DNA of 64,000 bases. Source: an uncultured Acidobacteriota bacterium (GTDB lineage Bacteria; Acidobacteriota; UBA6911). Positions 40,439 through 50,595 of the stretch are shown here, piece after piece. Below the pieces are notes generated by a model, which did no database searches, was not told where the DNA came from, and saw only the letters and a list, made by a program, of their open reading frames with translations. Every line of letters begins with the position of its first letter. Position 1 is the stretch's first letter. Position numbers and translations under genes: made by a program. The stretch lies in contig CAWEJX010000020.1 of NCBI GenBank assembly GCA_963809485.1, positions 1,184,001-1,248,000 on the forward strand, read 5' to 3'.

Positions 40439-41577
40439 AATTTCAGCTGCCCGGACAGCCATGTTCGCGGAGAGAGCCGGTTCAGTTTGCGGTTGATGCC
40501 CAGGTGCTGGCACCAGGACAGGCAATCGGTTTTGGCCCGCAACAGGCGCCTGGCCTGGCGTTGCCGGTCGCGAAAACGCTGGTAGGACGGGCTCCACCAG
40601 ATGTCGCGCAATAGCTGCGTATTCACGCTGCCGAGCGGTTCGTCGAAGGATTCCTCGAGGCAGGGCAGGACGGTGCCATCGGTGAGCACGACCATCAAAA
40701 CATACCCGATGTAGCAGGACCGGCTACGGTAAAAGTCCCACGTCGACGGCCGCCCCAATTCCCGGTCGAACAGGCTGTGCTCGAAACCCGCCGCGTTGAT
40801 CGACAGCGGGCCGCGGTAACCGGCCAAAAACTCCTTGAGCTCACCATCGAGTGCGGCAAATTCCTGCTCGTCGAGCTGCAGATGCCCGTTCATGGGCAGT
40901 CCGTCGGTGCTCGGGTAAAGCCGCATCGGGCGCAGCAACACCGAAAGCGGCGCGTATTCCTGCGCGAAGTCAATCATCGCGCGCCAGCTTCGCCAATTGG
41001 TTTTAAACAGCACGAACAATATTTCGGTGAGATCGGGCCGGCCCGGGGCAAGAGCTGCCAGGTTCCGGCGCAAGCGCGGGAAGAGCTCCTTTCCCAGAGT
41101 CGGGTGCACCGCGCGCCAGGTTTCGTCTGAACCCGCGTGCACGCTGAAGCGCACCTTGACGCGGCATTCGCGCAGCAAGGCGGCCGCCGCACTGTCGATG
41201 GCGGTCCCATTGGTAACCACAGCCTTGCGCAGGTGAGGATGCCGGGAATGGGCGTACGAGACCATGTCCGGCAGCATCGGATTGAGGAAAGGCTCGCCCC
41301 CGCCGTGGAAAAATACCTCCTGCAATCCAAGAGGAACGAGTTGATCCAGTACCGATGCGGCAGTCTCGAAACTCATGCAGCCTGTTTTGCCGAAGCATGC
41401 CCGGTTGCACATGATGCACTCGAGGTTGCAGTCTTCGCACACATTCAGCTGCAGAATGCGCGGGCCGCACAGGGGCGGGCGTCCGCTCAGGGCAGCCGCT
41501 GCAGTCTGAGCATCGAGGTAAACACCGCGCAAATCCATAATAAGGTACCCGCCGAATGAAGTGGTGAGCGCTGACAT
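40435..41577 (-). CDS. Radical SAM protein with SPASM/Twitch domain (start uncertain)
   Basis: CNLECIMC, GGGEPF, TNG, CYIGY...DGTVLPC...LGSV...IW. Confidence 0.9.
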   Translation of the reverse strand: MSALTTSFGGYLIMDLRGVYLDAQTAAAALSGRPPLCGPRILQLNVCEDCNLECIMCNRACFGKTGCMSFETAASVLDQLVPLGLQEVFFHGGGEPFLNPMLPDMVSYAHSRHPHLRKAVVTNGTAIDSAAAALLRECRVKVRFSVHAGSDETWRAVHPTLGKELFPRLRRNLAALAPGRPDLTEILFVLFKTNWRSWRAMIDFAQEYAPLSVLLRPMRLYPSTDGLPMNGHLQLDEQEFAALDGELKEFLAGYRGPLSINAAGFEHSLFDRELGRPSTWDFYRSRSCYIGYVLMVVLTDGTVLPCLEESFDEPLGSVNTQLLRDIWWSPSYQRFRDRQRQARRLLRAKTDCLSWCQHLGINRKLNRLSPRTWLSGQLKL

Positions 41578-41937
41578 TCGCTGAAGGAATCTCTCATAAA
41601 GGTTGGCCGCCAACGGGAGAGCCGGCGGTCATCCAGGTTTTTGTCAGCATTACCCGACAGTTCAGTTTGTGCTTGATGCACCGTAACGGCCTGTGTCCCA
41701 ATTACCCATAACCGCATCCTGTACCGCACATGGCGATCTTATCTGTTGATGCGGAATGTGTCACCTGACAATTTTGCCCGATAGGCTTTGTTTTCGGGCG
41801 CCCAAAGTAAAAAGCATAGGACCCCCGCAAACACACCCTAATTCGATGAAGTCAGCGAATCACTGGATCAATGGATTAGGTTCTGTTCGACCGCCCCCAA
41901 GCCCGCCCTCGGAGGCGAAATTATACGGGAGCCGGGA

Positions 41938-42636
41938 TTGATCGTCGCCTGCTGCCGAACCTTGTGGCCTATGGGCAATATAGCGGTATTTACCGGTCCG
42001 GTTGAGTCCGTTCCGGATTTGGCGAACAGGACAGAGACGGCACACAAATTCCTGGTTGCCCGGGGATGCAGCGGAGTCTTTTTTATGGCCGACAATCTGG
42101 TTGAACCGTTACGGGCAAAAGTGGCAGAAGTATTTGCGTGCTTCGGCTATGCAGCGGGCCTCACAGTGATGGGCATAGCTGCCCATGCTTTGAAACCGCC
42201 GCTGCGTCCGTTGCCGCCAATGCGCTACCGTGCGGTTACCGATTCTGAATCCCGCCGCATTGTCTTCGTGTTGAACGCTATTGCCCACGAAGTCCCTCCG
42301 GAATGGGGTCTCGACTACAACGAACGCGTCGGCATCTGGGACCGCGAAGCGTTTGGCGTTATCGGGCACCTGGATGAGCGCCCTACAGCCTGCGCCGTGA
42401 CAGTGCCTTTGAACGGCCGTTTATATGTGGCACTGGTCGCCACCGCCCACGAGTTTCGCCGTCTCGGGTGTGCGGAGGCGGTGATTCGCCGCTCGCTGGA
42501 TGACGCGGCCAGGGCGACCGGGCTTAGCCGCACGATCCTACATGCCAGTCCCATGGGACATCCGCTCTATTCGCAAATGGGCCACCACGACACTGTGCCC
42601 TTTACGGTGTATGCCCGGGCGGAGGGCATGGGATAA
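41938..42636 (+). CDS. GNAT family acetyltransferase (5' end uncertain)
   Basis: VATAHEFRRLGCA...LHASPMGHPLYSQMG. Confidence 0.8.
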   Translation: MIVACCRTLWPMGNIAVFTGPVESVPDLANRTETAHKFLVARGCSGVFFMADNLVEPLRAKVAEVFACFGYAAGLTVMGIAAHALKPPLRPLPPMRYRAVTDSESRRIVFVLNAIAHEVPPEWGLDYNERVGIWDREAFGVIGHLDERPTACAVTVPLNGRLYVALVATAHEFRRLGCAEAVIRRSLDDAARATGLSRTILHASPMGHPLYSQMGHHDTVPFTVYARAEGMG

Positions 42637-42802
42637 AGCGCGGGTTTCCCTCGCTGGCGGGAATCAACATCGTCCGGTAAGGATCAGCCGGACCGAATCC
42701 ATCGGTTATTTGGAATTTCTCATACTTCGCATCAATCGCCATATTGCGCCTGATGCCCGATTCTGCTCTGGGTTTTGGCCTATACTCCTGAGAAGATTTT
42801 TG

Positions 42803-43333
42803 CTAAATCAGTGCTCTATTCGAAGTTTTGTTCAGGCGGGGGAAGCAGCCTCCCCCGAAGCGTCGGATTTCCGCCAGCGCTGCTTCCACCATGGGCTCAA
42901 GTCCGGCCTTGACTGAGTTGCTGAGAAAAGTGCTCCAGTCGGTCAGGTTTTCCGGCTCAATTCCAATGATAACAGAATCGGGCATCCGTCCAAGCAACCC
43001 CGCGCAAGTGAGCGCTTCAAGGATTCCCATGTCGTGCAACGAGCCTTTGCCCACAAGGGTATTTTGCAGGTCATCGGGCGTCAGCCGGTGCACGGTTCCA
43101 GGCCGGCTGCCGGCCTGAACGGCGTCGAAGACGACGAGCCGGTCGGCAGCCATGATCGCGTCCAGCAAGTGGATTCCGCTGGTCCCTCCGTCCATCAGCG
43201 TGACGTTGTCTGAAAACTCATAGTATTCCGCCAGCTGCTTAAGCGCATGGACACCGGCTCCGTCGTCCGTAAGTAGCAGGTTCCCGATACCAAGGATCAG
43301 GATTTTCTCGGTCGAACAACCGGCGTTTTCCAT
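42803..43333 (-). CDS. Hydrogenase maturation protease (HyaD/HybD family)
   Basis: GIGNLLLTDDGAG, DGGT, DA, SLHD, IGIEP. Confidence 0.93.
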   Translation of the reverse strand: MENAGCSTEKILILGIGNLLLTDDGAGVHALKQLAEYYEFSDNVTLMDGGTSGIHLLDAIMAADRLVVFDAVQAGSRPGTVHRLTPDDLQNTLVGKGSLHDMGILEALTCAGLLGRMPDSVIIGIEPENLTDWSTFLSNSVKAGLEPMVEAALAEIRRFGGGCFPRLNKTSNRALI

Positions 43334-43347
43334 CTGCTGTAAACTCC

Positions 43348-44994
43348 CTAGCGAGCCCAGACTTTCACGGTCCTGCCGCAACGAGTGTCAATCGCGTGCA
43401 CCGCGCATGCGATGCAGGGATCAAACGAATGAACCGTGCGCAGGACCTCCAAAGGTCGCGCGGGATCGGCGACCGGAGTGCCGACCAGGGCGCTTTCCAC
43501 AGGTCCCGGCAGCTGATTGGCGCAGCGCGGGCCGAAATTCCAGGTTGAAGGCACAACCATCTGGTAGTTGGCAATCTGCCCGTTCTGAATATCAATCCAG
43601 TGGCCCAGCGCTCCACGGGGCGCCTCATTCAGCCCAACCCCAGCCGCCTGCGCCGGCATGGCCCACCTCACGCGCGTGCTTCCCGCTGTGTTCAGCTGCT
43701 CGGTCCACTGATACATGCGATCGGCGATAATCTGCGTTTCCAATGCGCGCGCGGCGGTTCGTCCGAGAACTGAATTGAGGTTGCTTACACCGGACTGGTC
43801 CGCAAATTTTTGGACTGCATTCCTGGCTTCGGTTTGACCGCTCCGCACCGCCATAAGCATGCGCGCCAACGGCCCAACCTCCATGGGTTGATCGTGGTAG
43901 CGCGGCGCCTTCAACCAGCTGTACCGATCGCTCGTGCTCAGGCTGGTATAGCGGGGTTCGGTTATACCTTCCGAGGGATTGAGCGCTGTGGTCCCAGCAT
44001 ACCAGCTGTGACTCACATGCTCGCTAATTTCGGAAATGTCGATGCCTTCGATGCCTCCCCCGCCGATGATCGCGCCTGCTGGAAAAAAGGCCGAGTCTGG
44101 CTCCGATCGTCCCTCGGGAAACTCTCCAAAAGTCAGGAAATTGGAGCTTCCGCCAATCTCCGCCCATTTAAACCCATATCTTTTCGCCAGCAACGCCACA
44201 TCGGGAAGATAGATTGTATCCACAAAGTTTTTTGTTTCGTCCAGGATGGCCCTGAACTCGGCAATGCGGGCCGAAGTAATGTCATCGCGGCAGGTGACCC
44301 CGCCTACAATGAGGCTCTGCGGATGCGGGTTCTTGCCGCCGAAAATGGCATGCATCCTGGCCGTCCGCACCTGCTGGTGCAGGGCCTGGAGGTAATGTGC
44401 CACCATCAGGAGGTTTTCTTCAGGCGACAGGGCATACGCGGGATGACCCCAGTAGCCTCCGGCAAACGGCCCCAGTTGCCCGCTATTGACCAGCGTTTCG
44501 AGCTGAGCTTTGACGCCGGAAAAGTAGTCTATATCCAATTTTGTGGCTGTGCCTGTAAGCGCAGCCGTTTGAGCAGGATCGGCTCCCAATGCGCTTACCA
44601 CATCGACCCAATCAAGCGCGTGAAGGTGATAAAAGTGCACAATGTGATCATGCAGGAACTGGGTGCCCATCATCAGGTTGCGAACAATTCGGGCATTGTC
44701 GGGGATATCCAGGTTCAGGGCATCCTCCACGCAGCGCACGGAGGTTGATCCGTGGACGTAGGTGCAGACTCCGCAGAGCCTCTGCGTAAAAAGCCAGGCA
44801 TCTTCGGGTCTTCGTCCCTTAAGGATGATTTCCATTCCGCGGAAAAGCGTGCCGCTGCTCCAGGCGTTGGTTACCAATCCGTTGGAGACTTCCACCTCGA
44901 TACGAAGGTGGCCCTCGATCCGTGTGATGGGATCGATGACGATCCGGTTTGCGGATGGCTGCGGGGGCGGCGGTGGTCCGGGTTTTTTGGCCAT
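43348..44994 (-). CDS. Group 1 [NiFe] hydrogenase large subunit
   Basis: DPITRIEGH, L1 QRLCGVC, L2 FDPCIACAVH followed by a cleavable tail. Confidence 0.96.
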   Translation of the reverse strand: MAKKPGPPPPPQPSANRIVIDPITRIEGHLRIEVEVSNGLVTNAWSSGTLFRGMEIILKGRRPEDAWLFTQRLCGVCTYVHGSTSVRCVEDALNLDIPDNARIVRNLMMGTQFLHDHIVHFYHLHALDWVDVVSALGADPAQTAALTGTATKLDIDYFSGVKAQLETLVNSGQLGPFAGGYWGHPAYALSPEENLLMVAHYLQALHQQVRTARMHAIFGGKNPHPQSLIVGGVTCRDDITSARIAEFRAILDETKNFVDTIYLPDVALLAKRYGFKWAEIGGSSNFLTFGEFPEGRSEPDSAFFPAGAIIGGGGIEGIDISEISEHVSHSWYAGTTALNPSEGITEPRYTSLSTSDRYSWLKAPRYHDQPMEVGPLARMLMAVRSGQTEARNAVQKFADQSGVSNLNSVLGRTAARALETQIIADRMYQWTEQLNTAGSTRVRWAMPAQAAGVGLNEAPRGALGHWIDIQNGQIANYQMVVPSTWNFGPRCANQLPGPVESALVGTPVADPARPLEVLRTVHSFDPCIACAVHAIDTRCGRTVKVWAR

Positions 44995-45124
44995 TGTTTA
45001 TGCTCCTTTATTCAAACGCACTAAGCTGGTTCCAAGGTTCTCCGGCTCAAGGCTATGATCCGGCTGGTTTGCATCTCCCGGCAGTCGGGCTGCCGCTGTC
45101 GAAGCGTGAACATCCATGGTCCTG

Positions 45125-46057
45125 TCAGTCATCATCTCCTCCAGGTCCGTCTCCGTCCCGCTCGACATAGAAAGGCGACATGCGGTCCCAGAAGTTGGGT
45201 TCGCTGCACCCGATGCAGGGATGCCCGGCTTGGACACACCAGCTCGCGCCCTCGTTGAATTTGACGTTCGGGCAATTGTTGTAGGTCTGCTTGCCTCTGC
45301 AACCCATATCCTCAAGGCAGCGGTCGTCCTCGTCGCGGTATGGGCACTGCTCATGCACCCGCTTGCCGTAGGCGAACAGCGGCCGTCCGAAAGAATCGAG
45401 CGGTGGCATCTTGCCCAGCAGAAGGTAGTTGGCGATCGTGCCCACAAGGCTGACGGGGTTCGGTGGGCATCCAGGAATATTGATGACCGGTACTGTCAAA
45501 CGGCCCCCGAGGGCGTCTTTCACTCCCTTGGCCCCCGTCGGGTTGGGAGCGGCAGCTGCCACTCCTCCATAGCAGCTGCATGTGCCGGCGGCGATGATGC
45601 CCGCCGCCTGGGGGCAGATCCTTTGGGCGATACTGAGCATTGTCTCGCCTGCCACAAAACCATAGGTGCCCCTATTGAGTGTTGGTATCGAGCCTTCCAC
45701 CACACAGAAAAACTGGCCCGAATACCGGGCCACGGCATCCGCAAGCACTGTTTTAGCTTGTGTTCCCGCGGCAGCCATAATGGTCTCGTGGTATTCCAAT
45801 GAGATGCTGTTAAAAATGAGGTTGTCAAGCGGCGGTTCCGTGGATCGCAGAAGCGCTTCCGAGCAACCGGTACACTCGCCGAAATGAAGCCAGATCACAG
45901 GCGGACGGGTTCCGTCGGCGAGCGCCGCGTACACCCTGCCGCCGAAGGCAGGACCGAGACCTATGGCCGTTGCCACGCTTGTGCACAACTGAAGAAATTC
46001 GCGACGTGAAGGCTTTTCCAGTCGCTGCTTCGCTGGTGCGTGAATTTCGCGCGCCAT
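45125..46057 (-). CDS. [NiFe] hydrogenase small subunit, Tat-exported, no membrane anchor
   Basis: SRREFL Tat motif; ECTGCSE, GTC, PGCPP, HEQC...CL..MGC, NCP...C...GHPCIGC; acidic soluble C-terminus. Confidence 0.95.
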   Translation of the reverse strand: MAREIHAPAKQRLEKPSRREFLQLCTSVATAIGLGPAFGGRVYAALADGTRPPVIWLHFGECTGCSEALLRSTEPPLDNLIFNSISLEYHETIMAAAGTQAKTVLADAVARYSGQFFCVVEGSIPTLNRGTYGFVAGETMLSIAQRICPQAAGIIAAGTCSCYGGVAAAAPNPTGAKGVKDALGGRLTVPVINIPGCPPNPVSLVGTIANYLLLGKMPPLDSFGRPLFAYGKRVHEQCPYRDEDDRCLEDMGCRGKQTYNNCPNVKFNEGASWCVQAGHPCIGCSEPNFWDRMSPFYVERDGDGPGGDDD

Positions 46058-46630
46058 AATGATTCCTCCTGAAGTTGTTCATTTGATTCCCGCCCGATTT
46101 CCCAAAAAGGGCGGGGCGTCCAGTGCCGCAGGGAATCTTCAAGCCGCACACAAAAATGTGGTGCCTGTCACACCAAGAGAAAAATTCGAGAACAGGGGAG
46201 AGTAAAAATCACGGCAGGAGCAGCAAAAATGAACAGCATCAAATTTTTCCCGAATTGTTCACGACTCACCTCGTCACAATTCAATATGATGCAAGACGCG
46301 TGCCAGTTGATGAGATCAGAATTGGTCGATGCCTTCGCTTATGCGTTGGCTGTCGGATCCTGATTTCATGACACACTCTAACCACCGCCGCGCACGGTGA
46401 CAGGCAAGAGACGCAGAACGGCAGGCATAAATCAGATGCAGAATTTGCACCTGATGCCCACAGAACCTGCAATATTTGCGCTTGACCCGCCTTACGGACT
46501 GCTGCCGGCGGGCTCCCGTTCCTATATCAGAGTGTATTTCCCGTGATTTGCATCACGGATTCTGCTTAGGGCCTGCTTAAACCTTAGCCAAATGTCAGTT
46601 TGGGCGATGAGTTAATGCCAGATTTCCCGC

Positions 46631-46646
46631 TGGCATGTTTCTTGCA
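46631..46646 (+). promoter_or_regulatory. Sigma-54 (-24/-12) promoter
   Basis: TGGCATGTTTCTTGCA matches TGGCAC-N5-TTGCA; about 135 nt upstream of ATG 46781. Confidence 0.65.
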
Positions 46647-46780
46647 TCTTTCGTAGCGAAAACAAAATTTTGAGGAGTGCAAGTACCGGACATAAGGTCG
46701 TAAAAAGCATATATGCATGTTATTTGGCGGCTACATGAGTTGCACAACAGAGGAAAAACCTACAATTCAGGAGGAATGAT

Positions 46781-47248
46781 ATGAAAAGATCCATGAAGAC
46801 CATCATTGCGCTTGCGGCAGTCGTTCTCACCTTCGCCGCCGTCCAGGCTGCGTGGGCAGCCGAAATTGCAGTAACCGGGACTATCGAAAGGATTGGCACG
46901 GCTTCAATCGATGTCGCCGATGAAGAGATAATCTTTATTTTCTATCATATACCATTCACTGATTTGACAGCGGCTGGCATCGATCTCTACCTGGGTGATA
47001 CGGTGACGGTCAAAGCCTATCTGGTTGCGTTCCCTAATGGGACTTCGAAGAATATTGCATTTAGCATAACAAAAGACAATACCACCTATACTTGGCATCC
47101 CAATATGCCAAAGACCGGGACTAAGGCCGGGAACAAGACTGTGACTCTTTCCGCCACTGATGAGAACGGACAGGCTTGCCTTTGTAACTGCATCGAAACT
47201 ACGGAATGCGATGTATGCAATTGCTACTGCGGAAGCAAGGCCAGGTAG
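46781..47248 (+). CDS. Secreted OB-fold-like protein with a 7-Cys C-terminal tail
   Basis: Signal peptide (AWA); VTGTIE...LGDTVTVKAY; tail CLCNCIETTECDVCNCYC; RBS AGGAGG. Confidence 0.75.
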   Translation: MKRSMKTIIALAAVVLTFAAVQAAWAAEIAVTGTIERIGTASIDVADEEIIFIFYHIPFTDLTAAGIDLYLGDTVTVKAYLVAFPNGTSKNIAFSITKDNTTYTWHPNMPKTGTKAGNKTVTLSATDENGQACLCNCIETTECDVCNCYCGSKAR

Positions 47249-47626
47249 GTCCATAAAGAGGCCCACTGGAGGAGACCGGCGATTCTGATTCAATGGTCTC
47301 CTCTGATTTATTGCCGAAGCTGCATAAGTCGAACCGCGTTTCGGCGAATACAGCCCTTTTTGCATGAACCGTAGAGGACAGGCAAAGCCGATTCGCAATC
47401 AGCACAGAAGCCGCAGATGCATTTTCAAGCGACTTTGCAATCCGCCCGAATGCTCAGCCATATCAGAAGATCCTTTGTAAGAGGGCACTCAGAACCAGCA
47501 CATGGGAATCCGGCCGCGATTAATCAGGGCAATAAAGGTGAAACAAAAAGGGTCTACGGTACATCGAAAGATTATGTAGACATTCGCTTATCCAAAGAGC
47601 ACATGAAACCATCAGGAGGGGATATC

Positions 47627-48251
47627 ATGATGAAAAAGGCATTGGTTCTCATTTCAATTGCGATATTTGCGGCAGCCACGGCATTTGCGCAAGGACGCGG
47701 CGGGGGCGGCGGACAGGGCCAAGGCCAGGGATCCGGTCAAGGCCAGGGGTCCGGGCAGGTACAAAGCCAGGGGCAAGGTCAGCAACAGGGCGGCCAGGGG
47801 AATACGCAATCCGGGCACGGAGACATGGACCAAAAACGTATCCATGCCACCAAGCAACAGCGCGATCAGATAACGTACGTGCAGCAAGCAGGCCGACGAG
47901 GTCCGCAAACAGGTTCGCAAGATGGCACAAACATCCGACAAAAAGTTCAACGCGGATGAGGCACGGCGCCAGCGCGACCAGATACGCACTCAACTCCAGG
48001 CGATGGAACAGGAGCACGAACGCCTGATGAATGGATTGGACCCGAACCAGCAGCAGGCTATCAGGGAACAAATTCAAAACATGAACCGTTTGCAGCAAGC
48101 GACCCGTTCCGAGTTTCAGCGAATGAATTCCGAAATGGAGCAGGCCAATCCCGATGCTGCGCGGGTCAAGGAGCGTGCCCGCGAAATGGAGCAGGCTATG
48201 AAGGATTGGAGCAAGGAATACCAGGCGCTCCATTCTCAAACTCAGGATTAA
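47627..48251 (+). CDS. Secreted Gly/Gln-rich helical protein (Spy/CpxP/ZraP-like); +1 frameshift near 47872
   Basis: Signal MMKKALVL...AFA; GQGQGS repeats; joins ORF 47922..48251 (Met/Gln-rich coiled coil) if one A is removed; RBS AGGAGG. Confidence 0.65.
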
Positions 48252-48464
48252 ATATTTGAATTGGCCAGGTGATGAGCAAGTTTCGGGGCGGCCACAGATT
48301 TGGCTCCAGATCTGACGAATTCACGAGCCGGCGGCTGAAAATTTGCGCAATTCGCAGATGGTTTATATGCCCCAAAAGCTGGCGACCGACACGCAACTGA
48401 AACACGACCCAATGTTAGGATCCAGCCGGCAAAATGTAATTCCCATCCTCAATGACAGGCGCCA

Positions 48465-49379
48465 TCATGTCGGATCCGGCTCGAGGTGAGTCGAAACCGA
48501 GACCTTCGGCAGCCGGCTTTCAATTGCGGCCTCGATACGATTGCATCGATCATGGCCTTCCGTGATGGAGATATCCCCAGGAGCGGTCACATGAAGCTCC
48601 ACAAACCGCCGCGAACCTGATTTTCGAGTTCTGAGACTATGATACGCAGTGCCGGGATCCAGGGATGCGCGGACCGCTTCCTCGATCTGCTGAATTTCAT
48701 CCGCGGGGAGGCTGATATCCATGAGGCCAGCCATGGAACGCCGAATCAGACTCACGCCGGTCCGGATGATATTCAGGCCCACAACCACTGCCATAATCGG
48801 GTCCAGGATGGTCCATTGGGGAGGGGTGAACGCAACAACTGCGAGTGCTGCCACAACACCGACCGATGTCCAGACATCGGTCATCAGATGGTGTGCGTCC
48901 GCTTCGAGCGCAATGCTGTCGTGGCGTTTGGCCATTCGCAGCATGAACCGTGACACGCCGAAGTTGATGCCGGATGCCGCCAGCGCGATGGCCAGTCCCA
49001 AACCCAGATCCGTGAGCGGCGCGGGATGCAGGAACCGTTCCACGGCCGTATAAATAATCAGAACCGCTGCAACGAGGATCAATGCGCCCTCGACACCGCT
49101 GGAAAAATATTCAGCCTTGTCGTGGCCAAAGGCGTGAGACCGGTCCGCAGGCCGGTCGGCAATCGTCAGTGCAAGGAAAGCAACCAGCGCCGCTACCAGG
49201 TTGACGGATGATTCCAGCGCATCGGATAAAAGACTCACGGAACCCGTAAAGGCATAGGCCCCGATTTTCATCGCCATCGTCACGATCGACGCGACGATAG
49301 ACAACAGGATGACGCGACGGGTTGGCGATTTTGTTTCCAGGCCGTGCAAGGGCGCTTTCGGGGCAGGTGCAGTCGACAT
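48465..49379 (-). CDS. Cation diffusion facilitator (FieF-like)
   Basis: SDALES, HAFGHDKAEY, ADAHHLMTDVWTS, RTRKSG, HLEP. Confidence 0.92.
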   Translation of the reverse strand: MSTAPAPKAPLHGLETKSPTRRVILLSIVASIVTMAMKIGAYAFTGSVSLLSDALESSVNLVAALVAFLALTIADRPADRSHAFGHDKAEYFSSGVEGALILVAAVLIIYTAVERFLHPAPLTDLGLGLAIALAASGINFGVSRFMLRMAKRHDSIALEADAHHLMTDVWTSVGVVAALAVVAFTPPQWTILDPIMAVVVGLNIIRTGVSLIRRSMAGLMDISLPADEIQQIEEAVRASLDPGTAYHSLRTRKSGSRRFVELHVTAPGDISITEGHDRCNRIEAAIESRLPKVSVSTHLEPDPT

Positions 49380-49546
49380 ATGCAGCTCCACGACTTCCGG
49401 GGGAAAAATTAAAAGCTGGTTTCCGGAATACCCCAAATTGGGGTTCTCCTACGGAATCCTGAGGGTTAGCAGTATGCTGGTTCTCAGGGCTGTCTTCAAG
49501 AAGCAGTCGGAGAGAAAAGGTATAAAGCTGGACACCAGCCTGGCAC

Positions 49547-50116
49547 TCAGCGAATCAGTGAATGACCGATCATCAGGATTGATATGGCAGCCACCAGTGA
49601 AACAGGGCTTGTGTGCACTTTGAAAAAAGCTCTTCTAACGGGCGCAGGCGACATCCTGAAGGTCATCATGAGTCCAATCACGATAATCAGAAGCATCATG
49701 CCTAATCCCAATTCCGGAATGAAAGTTGACCTGCATTCGGCCGATGCGAAATGCAAAATTGCCACCGCAGCGGCAATAGGATTCAGCCAATAATGCAGCC
49801 TCATGAGATACCGCTTTTGCCGACTGTTCGCCTGGGCAATGCCCTTTTTGAGTGTTGAGGTCCGCGGGATTGCTTTTCCACCAGCTTTCAAAAGAATGCT
49901 TAGCGCAACCGGAAAATTGGCAATGCCAAAAAGCCAGGCCGCAATCACGCCGGTAGCTTCGCCTCCATGGTCTTCCCGCCCGGCCTGTGCATAGCCCTTC
50001 TCGGAATAGCGCTCGAATTCCCCATGTTTATGGGCATAAACCTGTATACCTGCCATCAATATCATGCTAACAACTACGAGCACCACCAAACCTGATTTTC
50101 TCAGCCTAAATTTCAT
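49547..50116 (-). CDS. Membrane protein with conserved His (ferric-reductase/cytochrome b-like)
   Basis: About 4-5 TM segments; LHYWLN...AILHF, KVH, IGH. Confidence 0.6.
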   Translation of the reverse strand: MKFRLRKSGLVVLVVVSMILMAGIQVYAHKHGEFERYSEKGYAQAGREDHGGEATGVIAAWLFGIANFPVALSILLKAGGKAIPRTSTLKKGIAQANSRQKRYLMRLHYWLNPIAAAVAILHFASAECRSTFIPELGLGMMLLIIVIGLMMTFRMSPAPVRRAFFKVHTSPVSLVAAISILMIGHSLIR

Positions 50117-50595
50117 AACTCCCTCAGCCCTGCTGCTAAATAATTGCCGTTGATCGCTTAGATAATCCTCGCCTGCAATTCCTGGGTTCACAATACGCAA
50201 TCGAGCCCGGATGTTACATTTCCCCGATCAGCCGGGCATCGGCCCGAAAGTCTGAGTCTTTTTGGCATATCCAGGATCTGCTGTTGTTTTTGGGCAACAT
50301 TTTTAAAATCCTTCGTATTTGCCAGGGAACCGCAAAATCGGGTAAGGGCAGAGCACTGCACGGCCCGACAGTGCGCAAGGAGGGAAACGATCCGGAGGCG
50401 GATGTCGGCTTCGATATTTCCGAGAACCCGCGTCGCATCTATAATAGTTTTTCTGGCCGTCAACACCATTTTGTGGAGACTGAGGCCGATGCTCGGCCTG
50501 ATACCATTTTGGGCTGCGAGCCTTTCTCAATCGTATTCATGGGGTCTTACAGATACCGGCGCGAGGGTCCATGGTGGCCGCTTCCAGGCGAAAGG

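Noticed and set aside
41620-41940. RiPP precursor peptide for the radical SAM-SPASM enzyme
   Set aside because: No short ORF with a convincing RBS or leader, and no PqqD/RRE gene nearby.
43348-44994. [NiFeSe] or O2-tolerant hydrogenase
   Set aside because: L2 is DPCIAC with Cys codons, and the small subunit has CTGC and lacks the supernumerary Cys positions of six-Cys clusters.
44998-45117. 39-aa ORF between the hydrogenase subunits
   Set aside because: Weak RBS and no recognisable motif; cannot be supported.
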